Assembly: GCA_040758135.1 (NCBI GenBank)
Contig: JBFLWA010000005.1
Span: 73,102 to 137,101 of the forward strand
Direction of reading: 5' to 3'
Length of the DNA: 64,000 nucleotides
Origin: Bacillota bacterium
GTDB taxonomy: Bacteria; Bacillota; Sulfobacillia; JBFLWA01
The notes beneath the pieces were generated by a model. The model was not told the DNA's origin and did not search any database. It saw only the letters and a program-made list of their open reading frames with translations. Positions 29,684 to 38,911 of this stretch are shown one piece after another (the first letter of the stretch is position 1; each line of letters starts with the position of its first letter). Made by a program: the position numbers and the translations under genes.

Positions 29684-30081
29684 CCTTCCGCGTTTGTGCA
29701 ATACCCGAAATGTTTCGTCGGCATTCGGATTTTTCCTGCGACCACCGGGTCTGTCCGGTGAGGCAAAATAAGGAGCTGGACGCACCGCCGCCGAGGCCTA
29801 TCAGGAGGCCAAGCGCACTCTGGTAGTCGGGTACGCCAGTCTGCCTCCTTTCAAACGGGCAAGCCGTCAGCCCTTTACCAGCTTCCCCTGGTCACCAGCC
29901 GATAATCTTCTACCCCGGCCGGCAACGAAAGTATGAAGAGCTGCTGGCAGAGCTGCGGCGGTCGCTGCATATTGCCCAGCCGACCAGCCTCACTTTTGAG
30001 CTTATCACCCACCGCTTCAAGAGCCAAGAACCTGATAAGAGAAATGGGCACCTCCGCAGAGGTGCCCGAGTGGGGGATTTC

Positions 30082-31350
30082 CTACAACGCCTCTCCGAGG
30101 CGCCGGAGGAAACTGGTAGCTTCAGGAGCCAGTTGGTGCCCGGGGTAGCGGGCTACGAACTCGCGAAACCCCCGGGCCGCTTCGCCCTTACGGTTCATCA
30201 GCATCAGGGCCAGAGCGGCATAGAACCGGGCGGCCGTCCCCTCCTCTGACTCGGGGGCCGCAGCCACCGCGGCATCGAAGTGGTGCAGAGCCTGCTCCAG
30301 TAGATCCCGGTTGCCCATCAGTCCACTGATGATCCCGCTGAGGGTCCCCTGGGCCTGCTGCAGAGCCTTCAGCCCTGCCTCCAGGGCCTCCCGGGCCTTC
30401 TTCGGCCGCCATTCGCCGTCCGGGGCCAGCGCGGTCTCGGCGATACCCGAGAGGATCCGGGCGTAGTCAGCCGACCGTGAGTAGGCCTGGAGCTCGTTGA
30501 CGCGGTTGAGGGTCAGCGGGTGGTCGTGCAGGGCCTCCACCACCCTGCCCCAATGGTCTCCCCTGAGCGCTTCGCCCTGGCGCAGATACTCCTGGACATT
30601 CAGGCGCTCGAACAGATCGCGCGAGCCGACGGCCATCTTGATAAGGGCGCTGATAGCCGATGGCGAGCTCTGGCAGCAGATGAGGCCGGCCCGGTCGGCC
30701 GAGAACTCGGCCTTGCGCTGCCAGCCCAGGAGGGCTTGCCGCGCCGGGGCAATGATCAGCTGCGGCGGCGCCTTCAGCAGCGCACCGAGACGACCGGCCT
30801 GCTGAAGCAGGAGGTAGATGGTGCTGAGAAAGAGCACGTGCTGGCTCTTGATGTGCCCCATCTCGTGACCAATAACATAATACAGCTCGTCGGGGTCCAT
30901 GGCGTCCACCAGCGATGAGTGGAGGATAATGAATGGCCGATCGACTCCGACCGATAGCGCATTGAAGAACGGATTGTGCTTGATGAAGACCTCGGGGGTC
31001 TCCATGTCCAGAATGGCAGCCGATTCCCGCACCATAGCATGGATATCGGCGAACTGGTTGGGACCGATCCTGACACTTTGGCCCAGGACCGTGCTCCTGA
31101 ATAGTGGCTCATCCCAGGCTTTGACCAGGTTCCTGGTGAGAGTCACCGGCCGAAAGCGACGTAGTTGCTCCAGGGCCTTTTCATCATCAGGGTGAGCGTA
31201 ATCAGCAGCCTTGAGGTGATAAGGAATCTTTCTCTCCACCTGGCTGCTGCCCCTGGCCAGCCGGTACAGTTCGGCCGAGACCTCTGCCCCACACTGGTGG
31301 CAGAAGCGGGCCTCCTCCGGCAGTTTGGCTCCGCACTGAGGACAATACAT
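30082..31350 (-). CDS. M48-family metallopeptidase with N-terminal zinc-ribbon and C-terminal TPR-like region
   Basis: 422 aa. MYCPQCGAKLPEEARFCHQCGAEV zinc ribbon; HEMGHIKSQH (HExxH) M48 motif; C-terminal helical repeat region. Confidence 0.7.
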   Translation of the reverse strand: MYCPQCGAKLPEEARFCHQCGAEVSAELYRLARGSSQVERKIPYHLKAADYAHPDDEKALEQLRRFRPVTLTRNLVKAWDEPLFRSTVLGQSVRIGPNQFADIHAMVRESAAILDMETPEVFIKHNPFFNALSVGVDRPFIILHSSLVDAMDPDELYYVIGHEMGHIKSQHVLFLSTIYLLLQQAGRLGALLKAPPQLIIAPARQALLGWQRKAEFSADRAGLICCQSSPSAISALIKMAVGSRDLFERLNVQEYLRQGEALRGDHWGRVVEALHDHPLTLNRVNELQAYSRSADYARILSGIAETALAPDGEWRPKKAREALEAGLKALQQAQGTLSGIISGLMGNRDLLEQALHHFDAAVAAAPESEEGTAARFYAALALMLMNRKGEAARGFREFVARYPGHQLAPEATSFLRRLGEAL

Positions 31351-31450
31351 CCCGGCATCCCTCCGGATTTTCCTCTCTGGCCGATATTACGGCTGTCCGG
31401 GGTAGTTTGTTCCACTAAAGGGTTACCAACATATCAGGGCGGGGCCGGCC

Positions 31451-31999
31451 TTGTCCTGGATGGCGGCAGGTACGAGTAAGGGGGATACCGAAAGAATAAC
31501 CGGGGAGGTGATTGCACTGCGACCAGCCAACCTGGTAGGATTGCTGATCTTCTGGCTCTTGCTGGCCGCCTCTTGGCGGCCGGATGTCCTCCTGTTGGGG
31601 CTGGCGGTCTCAGTCGTCGCGCTGGCCGTTACCCGGCCATTGCTGCCACAAAAGGCCGGGCCCACCCGTCCTCTGACCATCGGCCGGCTGGTGCTGATAG
31701 TCCGGTTCCTCCTGTATTACCTGCGTGAGGTCTGGATCTCAGCGTGGCATGTAGCCCTCTATGTCCTTAATCCCCGAATAAGGGTAGAATCAACCCTGGT
31801 TCGCTATCACACTACACTCCGGGGCCAGCTGGCCATAGCCGTCTACTCGGTCCTGATCACCCTGACCCCGGGGACCATGACCCTGCATTTCGATGAATCA
31901 TCCAGGCGGATCACCGTCCATTGGCTCCGCTTTCAAGGCCGCGAGGACGCCAGCCAACTGATTGTCCTTGAGTCCTGGGTAAGGGAGTTGTTCTCGTGA
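31451..31999 (+). CDS. mrpE: Mrp/Mnh antiporter subunit E
   Basis: 182 aa; MnhE-like TM N-terminus and conserved C-terminal block. Confidence 0.65.
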   Translation: MSWMAAGTSKGDTERITGEVIALRPANLVGLLIFWLLLAASWRPDVLLLGLAVSVVALAVTRPLLPQKAGPTRPLTIGRLVLIVRFLLYYLREVWISAWHVALYVLNPRIRVESTLVRYHTTLRGQLAIAVYSVLITLTPGTMTLHFDESSRRITVHWLRFQGREDASQLIVLESWVRELFS

Positions 32000-32253
32000 C
32001 TGAGCTGGCCTTCACCATGGTAGTTGTCGCAGCGGCCCTCTGCCTGATCCGGGTGGTCCAGGGTCCGGGGCTGGTCGACCGGCTGGCCGCCGCCGATGCC
32101 CTCGGTGTCATGCTCGCCGCGGCCATCGTCTTATTCGGGGTCATGGAGGGACTCCACTATCTGCTGGATGTAGGCTTTGCCTATGCCGTACTGCTATTCG
32201 TGGATGTCTTGCTCATCGGCAAGTACCTTGAAAAGGGGGACCTCCACCGTTGA
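31996..32253 (+). CDS. mrpF: Mrp/Mnh antiporter subunit F
   Basis: 85 aa; three TM helices; 4-nt overlap with mrpE. Confidence 0.65.
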   Translation: MTELAFTMVVVAAALCLIRVVQGPGLVDRLAAADALGVMLAAAIVLFGVMEGLHYLLDVGFAYAVLLFVDVLLIGKYLEKGDLHR

Positions 32254-32537
32254 GAGAGTTCGCCTCGGGGCTGCTGCTCTTGACCGGTGCTTTGTTCTGT
32301 CTCATCACCGGTATTGGCATGTTGCGCACCAAAGACACCTATGCAAAGCTGCATATTGGCACCAAGTGCCTCACCGTTGGCGCCAGCCTGGTCTTGCTGG
32401 GGGCCGGTCTTCGGCTGCCAACTGGCCTGGGCACCCTTAAGGTGGTGCTCATGGTCATCCTACTCTGGATCACCAACCCCCTGGCCACCAACGCCCTGGC
32501 CAGGGGGCACTTCCTCAACTCCCGGCTGGAGGAGTGA
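32250..32537 (+). CDS. mrpG: Mrp/Mnh antiporter subunit G
   Basis: 95 aa; MnhG-like (LFCLITGIGMLRTKDTYAKLH). Confidence 0.7.
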   Translation: MREFASGLLLLTGALFCLITGIGMLRTKDTYAKLHIGTKCLTVGASLVLLGAGLRLPTGLGTLKVVLMVILLWITNPLATNALARGHFLNSRLEE

Positions 32538-32543
32538 TACCAC

Positions 32544-32783
32544 ATGACGCTGGCCATTATCCTCCTATACGGGATGGCGCTGGCTGCTGCCCTGGGTGCT
32601 GTACTGGCCAGCCAGCGGCTCACTGCGGTGGTGCTGCTGTCAGTGCTCAGTATTACCCTGGCTCTCCTTTACTCGGTCTTTCACGCCCCGGATGTCGCCA
32701 TCACCGAAGCGGTGATCGGAGCCGGAGTGGTGACAGCAGTCTACCTTATCACCATTGCCCGAACCGGGGGTGACACCGGATGA
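32544..32783 (+). CDS. small MnhB/MrpA-C-terminal-like membrane subunit (MbhD-like)
   Basis: 79 aa, three TM helices; ...DVAITEAVIGAGV... block as in the MnhB domain. Confidence 0.5.
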   Translation: MTLAIILLYGMALAAALGAVLASQRLTAVVLLSVLSITLALLYSVFHAPDVAITEAVIGAGVVTAVYLITIARTGGDTG

Positions 32784-33481
32784 TGAGGTCGTTCCCCCTG
32801 CTGCTCATCGCCGCCCTTGGCCTCCTCCTGGTCTTTGCCCTGGGCGACTCGCTGCTTACAGGGACCGAGATCGGACCAGTGGCCCAGCATTACCTGGATA
32901 ACGGTGTCGCCGAGACTGGTGTCTACAACTTGGTCACCGCGGTCCTCCTGGACTACCGGGCCCTGGACACCCTTCTGGAGTCAGCGGTGATCTTCGCCGC
33001 CGCGGCAGCGGTCTGGAGTCTGATGCAGCAGCGGCGCCTGCCTGATGCTGAGGGCGGGCTTTCAGTGGCGGTCCGGACCCTCATCCCTCGCCTGCTCCCG
33101 CTGCTTCTCGTCTACAGCGTCCACCTGGCGCTCTTTGGTCACCTGACCCCGGGCGGCGGCTTCCAGGGCGGGGTTGTGCTGTCGGTGGTCTCTGTTCTGC
33201 TAATCGCTGCCTTTGGCACCGGATATGAGTATCGCCTGATCTCGCCGAACACCAAGTCCCGGCTGGAGCTGTTGGGAGGGGGCATCTTGGTCGTCATCGC
33301 CCTGGCCCCGTTGGTGGTGGGCGCTGCCCTGCTGACCAACGGCGGGGCCGGCTTTCCACTGGGGCAGCCGGGAAGCCTGTTCAGCGGTGGCACCATTCCC
33401 GTTCTTAGTCTGGCCATTTTTGTAAAAGTGGCGGCGGCCTTTTCTCTAATCCTGTACAGTTTGCTCAAGAAGGGGAGTTGA
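32780..33481 (+). CDS. mrpB: Mrp/Mnh antiporter subunit B
   Basis: 233 aa polytopic; MnhB-like. Confidence 0.6.
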   Translation: MMRSFPLLLIAALGLLLVFALGDSLLTGTEIGPVAQHYLDNGVAETGVYNLVTAVLLDYRALDTLLESAVIFAAAAAVWSLMQQRRLPDAEGGLSVAVRTLIPRLLPLLLVYSVHLALFGHLTPGGGFQGGVVLSVVSVLLIAAFGTGYEYRLISPNTKSRLELLGGGILVVIALAPLVVGAALLTNGGAGFPLGQPGSLFSGGTIPVLSLAIFVKVAAAFSLILYSLLKKGS

Positions 33482-33485
33482 GTCA

Positions 33486-33818
33486 TTGGATGTCCTGAGC
33501 CTGGGGCCGTGGGTAGGGCTGGCTCTCTTCCTGATTGGCCTATATGGCCTCCTCACATCCAGGGAGATGACCAGGATCGTTATGAACCTGACGGTAGCGG
33601 AGTCGGGGGTAATCTTCGCGCTGGTGGCACGGGCCGGCAGTGGTGGCCAAGGTGCGCCCATTGTCGGCAACGCCGCCGGCAGCATGGTCGCCCCGCTGCC
33701 CCACGCCCTGGTTCTGACGGCCATTGTCATTGGTGCCTCCCTGACTGCGCTTGGGCTCAGCCTGGCTCAGGGCACCCATGAACTGGAGCGCAACGCCGGC
33801 TCCGGGGAGGAGCAGTGA
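33486..33818 (+). CDS. mrpC: Mrp/Mnh antiporter subunit C (NuoK-like)
   Basis: 110 aa, three TM helices; NuoK/MnhC-like. Confidence 0.7.
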   Translation: MDVLSLGPWVGLALFLIGLYGLLTSREMTRIVMNLTVAESGVIFALVARAGSGGQGAPIVGNAAGSMVAPLPHALVLTAIVIGASLTALGLSLAQGTHELERNAGSGEEQ

Positions 33819-33819
33819 C

Positions 33820-35190
33820 ATGCCCGGACTGGCTTTCATGATCTTCGGAGCGCTGCTGGCAGCCTTCGCGGCCGGTGTTCTGGAAGACTACCGGGCCAAG
33901 CGCATCTTGATGGGAGTCACCCTGTTCGGGTATGCGGCAGCCTGGCTCTCTCTGGTCTGGGGCAGCAGCCCGACCGGCCAGAGTCTGACCGCGGGCGGCT
34001 GGCCCCGCCATCTCGGGATTGAGCTGGTGGTTGATGCCCCCTTTCTGGCGGTCACCGGTCTGTTTGCCGCCATCCTCGCCGCTAGCTGGGCAGCGGATCA
34101 GGATGGACTTCTGCTGAAAGGCAAGAGATCATCGCTCTTTCTGGCTATTCTCGCCGGTCTGACTGTGTGGGCAGCCAACCGGGATATCTTCACCACCTTT
34201 GTCGCGGTGGAGCTAACTGGTGCCTCCGCATATTCGCTGGTAGCGCGCCCCGGGCATCTAGCCAGCTACCGGGCGGCTTTCCGCTACCTTATCTTCGGTT
34301 CAGTGGGCGGACTCATTATGTTGCTGGGCATCGGCAGCCTTTACTACCAGTCGGGCTACCTCAACATCGTCCACCTGGGTCTGGCTGGGGCCGGAGGACT
34401 GGGCCTGGCTCTGGTGGCTGCCGGGCTCCTGACCAAGAGCGCCCTGGTTCCTTTCCACACCTGGCTTCCCGAGGCCCACTCCCATGCGCCGGCTACCATC
34501 AGTGCCATTCTCTCGGGGGCCCTTCTGCCCATGGGGATCTTCACCCTGGCCAGACTGGTCCAAAACGGCATTTCGCTGGCCAGTGGCCGTCTCGACCTGC
34601 TCCTGGTCGGTATTGGTGCCCTTACGGTACTGACCGGTCATGCCTGGGCCGGCCGCCAGACGGAGACCAAGCGGCTACTGGCTTACTCGTCAGTGGCCCA
34701 CATGGGCTACATCCTATGCGGGGTCGGGTGCCAGACCCCGGCTGGTCTGTCAGCCGCCCTCCTGCACCTGGTCGTCCATGGGTTCAGCAAAGCCTGTGCC
34801 TTCCTCTCGGTCGGCCAGCTGAACCTGGGCGGCCCGCGCCCGACCGGCCGCCCCGGAGCGGGACATCACCAGCCGGTGGCGGGAGCTGCCTTTACCTACG
34901 CGGTGGCTAATCTCATTGGGCTTCCCCTGACGCCCGGGTTCCTCACCAAATACCTCTTGACCCGGACCCTGGTAGAGCGCGGTTGGCTGGTGCCGGCCAT
35001 CGTGCTTCAGGTGGGGACAGTCCTCGCCTTTCTTTACTACTGGCCCCTGGTCAGGTACCTGTGGTCACCCAACAAGTCCATCACCAGCTGGGCCTGTCCT
35101 CCCGGCGGACCCTGGCTGGCGGCCGGATTGGCCCTGGCCAGCCTGTGGCTGCCCCGGCTGTTCTCGGTCCTCATAGCATCCATCCCCTGA
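33820..35190 (+). CDS. mrpD: Mrp/Mnh antiporter subunit D (NuoM/N-like proton-pumping subunit)
   Basis: Start refined to ATG 33820 (MPGLAFMIFG...), 1 nt after the mrpC stop. Antiporter-like core blocks (FHTWLPEAHS, AYSSVAHMGY). Confidence 0.75.
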   Translation: MPGLAFMIFGALLAAFAAGVLEDYRAKRILMGVTLFGYAAAWLSLVWGSSPTGQSLTAGGWPRHLGIELVVDAPFLAVTGLFAAILAASWAADQDGLLLKGKRSSLFLAILAGLTVWAANRDIFTTFVAVELTGASAYSLVARPGHLASYRAAFRYLIFGSVGGLIMLLGIGSLYYQSGYLNIVHLGLAGAGGLGLALVAAGLLTKSALVPFHTWLPEAHSHAPATISAILSGALLPMGIFTLARLVQNGISLASGRLDLLLVGIGALTVLTGHAWAGRQTETKRLLAYSSVAHMGYILCGVGCQTPAGLSAALLHLVVHGFSKACAFLSVGQLNLGGPRPTGRPGAGHHQPVAGAAFTYAVANLIGLPLTPGFLTKYLLTRTLVERGWLVPAIVLQVGTVLAFLYYWPLVRYLWSPNKSITSWACPPGGPWLAAGLALASLWLPRLFSVLIASIP

Positions 35191-35202
35191 CAGGAGGATC
35201 TC

Positions 35203-36612
35203 ATGAGTATCAGTCTCTATCTGGGCGGCCTGGTCGGGCTGGCCCTGGCCAATACCGTGCATCCCCGCAGAGCCCTGGTCTGGGCGTCTGCCCTATGGGC
35301 CGCCGTTCTCAGCCTGTTCGCCTCTGGAGCCTGTCGGGTGGGTCCGGGGCTCATCCCCTTCGGCGTTGAGGTTGCCCTGCCGTTCCCCGGCCACCCTCTC
35401 TTGGCAGCGCTGATGGCCGCCCTGGCCTATGCTGAAACACTAGTTTCAGCGCCCGGCAAGCCGGCTCAGCCGGCCGTTATCCGGCTGTTGGGCTGGTATC
35501 CCCTATTGCTGGCCGGTTTCCTGTCTGCCTCTACACTTCTCTCGGCTTTCATCTTCCTCGAACTGGCGACTCTGCTCACGGTAATCTTGATTGCCCAAAG
35601 CAAGCCCTACTGGGCGCGCGTCTACGCCGTGTTCCAGCTACTGGGCGGTGGATTGCTGCTGGTTGCTCTACTGGCGCCGGTCGGTCCGGTCCGGCCGCTG
35701 GCCGTGATGGCGCTGGCCCTTAAGGGCGGTTTCCTGGGACTTCACTGGTGGCTTCCCGGCACCCACGCCGAGGTCGGAACCCCCACCAGTATTGTGCTAT
35801 CGGCAGTCATGGTCAACCTGGCCCCCCTGACGCTGGTCCGTCTCGGTTTGCCCGCCAGCCAGCCACTGGTGGTCTGGGGTGGCCTCCAGGTCGCTCTGGC
35901 TGCATTGAGTGCCGTCAGGCAGCCCACGGCAAAGCGCCTGTTGGCTTTCAGCACCATCAGCCAGATGGGGTATGCCCTGATTCTGCCCGGTGCCGGTGCC
36001 CCACCGGAACTGCTGTTCCTCCACCTGGCCGTCCACACGCTGGCCAAGGCTCTCCTTTTTGGCCTGGCCGGCAAGGAGCGATTGACCGCCGGCTGGACGC
36101 TGGGCCTATGGGTTGTCTCCGCCCTGTGGCTGGCTGGGGCTATCCCTTCCCCCGCCCTGCACATCAAAGGTTGGTTGAGCGGGGCGGCGGTCATCTGGCC
36201 CGGCCGCTGGCTCGAGGCTCTAGCTCTCCTCACCGCCCTTTATCTGGGGTCAGGATACAGGCGGCTGGCCGAGAGGCGCACAACGCCACCCGGGCCGAGC
36301 CTGGCCGACCTGATCCCCGTAGCGGGAATGGCTATCATGACCATCCTCTGGCCGTACACCAAAGGGCCCGGCCTGGCCTGGAGCCTGGCGCTGGTGGGCC
36401 TGGGCTGGCTGGCGGCCAGTGGCTGGCTCCGGCTGCCCCCGGCTAGCGTCCATCTCACCGATACAATCCTCGGGCGCCTGGGGGCCGGAGCTAATGCGGC
36501 CGCGGGACTGCTGCCCGATACGGCCGCCTGGTCGACCAGAGATGGCCTGCGCCTGTTGGTGGTAGGTCTCATCTGTCTGCTGGCCGTGGTCATACTGGCC
36601 TCGAGCAGCTAG
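35203..36612 (+). CDS. second NuoL/M-like antiporter subunit (MrpA/MrpD-type core without a fused MrpB domain)
   Basis: 469 aa. WWLPGTHAEVGTPTS, KRLLAFSTISQMGY blocks. Confidence 0.65.
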   Translation: MSISLYLGGLVGLALANTVHPRRALVWASALWAAVLSLFASGACRVGPGLIPFGVEVALPFPGHPLLAALMAALAYAETLVSAPGKPAQPAVIRLLGWYPLLLAGFLSASTLLSAFIFLELATLLTVILIAQSKPYWARVYAVFQLLGGGLLLVALLAPVGPVRPLAVMALALKGGFLGLHWWLPGTHAEVGTPTSIVLSAVMVNLAPLTLVRLGLPASQPLVVWGGLQVALAALSAVRQPTAKRLLAFSTISQMGYALILPGAGAPPELLFLHLAVHTLAKALLFGLAGKERLTAGWTLGLWVVSALWLAGAIPSPALHIKGWLSGAAVIWPGRWLEALALLTALYLGSGYRRLAERRTTPPGPSLADLIPVAGMAIMTILWPYTKGPGLAWSLALVGLGWLAASGWLRLPPASVHLTDTILGRLGAGANAAAGLLPDTAAWSTRDGLRLLVVGLICLLAVVILASSS

Positions 36613-36717
36613 GTCTCGAAGGCCGTGAATAGTGGTTCTCGCTCAGACGTTTGCAGAAGTCGCCAAGCTGATCGGTAATGTACTTGCGTTCATTAGGTCC
36701 TAGATGGTGCAAAGGTG

Positions 36718-37074
36718 TTACCGTGACACTCCGCCGGGGATAAATCTCCCCGGCTTTGTATTTTGCATAGTGAAATATCCTGCCTCGGAGCCAATATGCC
36801 CGCTTCGAATTAGCCCGCTTACTGTACCTGCCTTTTCCGGTTTAAACCTGCCCTGGTGCTCAAACTCTATGACGCTTGCACCATATTCCTGGGCAAATTT
36901 CACTGTCCGCCGGGACACCCGGTGGGCTTCGTAGTCGTCGATGTTCCGGAGTTTGTTCCACAAGGTTTTGTTGTCCTGCTCGTCTTTATTCAGGGAACCG
37001 GTGAGGCTGCGCCTGGCGGTACCGAGCCAGCTCATGGCTGCCGACAGCCGCCACCAGGCGCCCCAGTCCCCCAA
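36718..37074 (-). pseudogene. tnpB: truncated tnpB (IS605 OrfB) fragment
   Basis: 118-aa ORF carries only a central TnpB-like stretch. No zinc-finger/RuvC-III C-terminus. The 3' part reads through the IS end repeat. Confidence 0.4.
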
Positions 37075-37260
37075 CCGGCTGCACGTGGAGAGTCCGAGTG
37101 ACCGATATCAGCGTGGAAGCGGTTGAAGCCCCCAACCGGCTGCACGTGGAGAGTCCCCCTAAGCGTCCAGGTCTTGGCCAGGTGCTGCCGGGCCAGGCTG
37201 ACCGCCCTCCTCTGTTCCAGAGTAATCTCAGCTGCCGGTCTCACTGTTTCACCTCCCATC
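36720..37260 (-). mobile_element. remnant of an IS605-family element: right-end hairpin region plus truncated tnpB; boundaries approximate
   Basis: 36724..36770 repeats the right-end sequence of the IS at 10490..10840 (GTGACACTCCGCCGGGGATAAATC + GGCTTTGTATTTTGCATA). The adjacent minus-strand ORF 36718..37074 has a TnpB-like segment (WNKLRNIDDYEAHRVSRRTVKFAQEYGASVIEFEH). Confidence 0.5.
37068..37156. repeat. two perfect 28-bp direct repeats (CCCCCAACCGGCTGCACGTGGAGAGTCC) separated by a 33-bp unique spacer
   Basis: Copies at 37068..37095 and 37129..37156, period 61 bp. The repeat contains the near-palindrome CTGCACGTGGAG. Lies inside the IS605 remnant; no cas genes nearby. Confidence 0.6.
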
Positions 37261-37344
37261 AGTTACTGGCTATTCTAGCCTACGCCATGCCCGCCCCTGC
37301 ACCTGCCAAACGCTAGCGACCCAACTTCATCGGGTTTAACACCG

Positions 37345-37373
37345 TTGCACAGTATATAACCTCATGGTAATAT
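37345..37373 (+). promoter_or_regulatory. promoter with overlapping imperfect inverted-repeat operator upstream of arsR
   Basis: TTGCAC (37345..37350), 17-nt spacer, TAATAT (37368..37373). Inverted repeat ATATAACC-tcat-GGTAATAT (37354..37373) overlaps the -10. AAAGGAG RBS before ATG 37397. Confidence 0.5.
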
Positions 37374-37396
37374 AGTTGGTGAAAGGAGCCGTGACT

Positions 37397-37702
37397 ATGA
37401 TTGATCTCGAAAGAAAAGCGAAGGTGTTCAAAGCCCTCGCCCACCCCACTCGCCTGCAGATTGTCTTGCTGCTGGCAGCGGCTGAGGAGAAATGCGTTTG
37501 TGAAATCATCCCGTTGGTTGGCGCCAGTCAGCCAATGGTCTCCCGGCACCTGGCGGTCCTCAGGGAGGCCGGGATCGTAGCCAGCCGCAAGAAGGGACTT
37601 GAGGTGCACTACCGGCTTACTCTCCCCTGCGTGGCGAAGCTCCTGGACTGCCTTGATCACGCGTGCACCCGTGATAGCTGTTGCGCAAGGGAGGAGCTAT
37701 GA
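37397..37702 (+). CDS. arsR: ArsR/SmtB-family metalloregulator
   Basis: 101 aa. HTH block HPTRLQIVLLLAAAEEKCVCEIIPLVGASQPMVSRHLAVLREAGIV; C-terminal Cys cluster CLDHACTRDSCC. Confidence 0.8.
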   Translation: MIDLERKAKVFKALAHPTRLQIVLLLAAAEEKCVCEIIPLVGASQPMVSRHLAVLREAGIVASRKKGLEVHYRLTLPCVAKLLDCLDHACTRDSCCAREEL

Positions 37703-38871
37703 TGGACTGGCGTAAACTCATCACCATCATCGCCGTTTTTCTCGCCGCCTACTTCCTTCCCCTCGGTCACCCGAGGGTAGAAGAGGCTATTCTCGAGGCC
37801 TTCCACATGCTTCAGGAGTACGCCCGTGAGCATGTCCTCTTCTGTCTGGTGCCGGCCTTCTTCATCGCCGGGGCCATCACCAATTTCGTTTCGTCCGGAG
37901 CGGTCCTACGTTACCTGAGCGGCGGCGCCAAGCGCTGGGTGGCCTACCTGGTGGCATCGGTATCCGGGGCGGTCCTGGCTGTCTGCTCCTGCACTGTACT
38001 ACCGCTTTTTTCCGGCATCTATAAGCGGGGGGCCGGGCTCGGACCCGCAGTGTCATTCCTCTACGCCGGACCGGCCATCAATGTGCTGGCGATCATCCTC
38101 ACCGCCCGCATCCTCGGCTGGCAGCTCGGGGTCGCCAGAGCCGTGATGTCGGTCATTTTTGCCATTCTCATCGGTATAATCATGGCGTCTCTGTTCCGCC
38201 TGGAAGAGGCAGAGCGAGTCCGCAAGATCCAGGCTGTCGATGATAACCCCGGCACCGGCCGCTCTTCCGGGCAGCTCCTCTCTTACCTGGTGACCCTGGT
38301 ACTGATCCTGATCTTCGCCGCCTGGGGGCGCTCGGCCGAGCCGGTCGGATTTTGGAACACCGTCTACTCAGTCAAGTGGCACCTGGTCGCCGTCTTGCTA
38401 GCTGTTCTCGCCTATCAGCTGGTCAGATGGTTCACGGCTGACGAGAGGAAGAGGTGGGTCGCGGCCACCTGGGATTTCGCCCAGCAGATTCTGCCCCTGC
38501 TCTTTGCCGGGGTGCTGGTGGCCGGGGCTCTGATGGGCCGACCGGGGACTGATTCGGGACTGATCCCGTCGGGGATCGTCTCCTCGCTGGTGGGCGGCAA
38601 CTCACTGACCGCCAACTTCCTGGCCTCAGTGGTGGGTGCCTTCATGTACTTCGCCACTTTAACTGAAGTCCCTATAGTCCAGGGCCTTTTGGGTTCGGGG
38701 ATGGGGCAGGGACCGGCCCTAGCCTTGCTACTTGCCGGGCCGGCACTGAGTCTTCCCAACATGCTGGTTATCAAGAGTGTACTGGGCAACAAGAAGACTG
38801 CGGTCTTTGTTTCATTGGTAGTGATCATGGCCACTCTGTCGGGCTGGCTGTTCGGCTCGCTGGTCGGCTGA
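37702..38871 (+). CDS. COG0701-type permease (ArsP-like putative organoarsenical/metalloid permease)
   Basis: Start at ATG 37702, overlapping the arsR stop. ~390 aa polytopic. Conserved Cys pair in a TM helix (AVCSCTVLPLF), similar to the ArsP TPFcSCS motif. Confidence 0.6.
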   Translation: MDWRKLITIIAVFLAAYFLPLGHPRVEEAILEAFHMLQEYAREHVLFCLVPAFFIAGAITNFVSSGAVLRYLSGGAKRWVAYLVASVSGAVLAVCSCTVLPLFSGIYKRGAGLGPAVSFLYAGPAINVLAIILTARILGWQLGVARAVMSVIFAILIGIIMASLFRLEEAERVRKIQAVDDNPGTGRSSGQLLSYLVTLVLILIFAAWGRSAEPVGFWNTVYSVKWHLVAVLLAVLAYQLVRWFTADERKRWVAATWDFAQQILPLLFAGVLVAGALMGRPGTDSGLIPSGIVSSLVGGNSLTANFLASVVGAFMYFATLTEVPIVQGLLGSGMGQGPALALLLAGPALSLPNMLVIKSVLGNKKTAVFVSLVVIMATLSGWLFGSLVG

Positions 38872-38911
38872 CCAAGCTGTCGGAGTGAGTTCACTGTGGA
38901 GGTATACAGCA

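Noticed and set aside
37068-37156. Calling the 28-bp repeat pair a CRISPR array
   Set aside because: Only two repeat units, no cas genes or leader within 64 kb, and location inside an IS remnant. Reported as a repeat, not as CRISPR.
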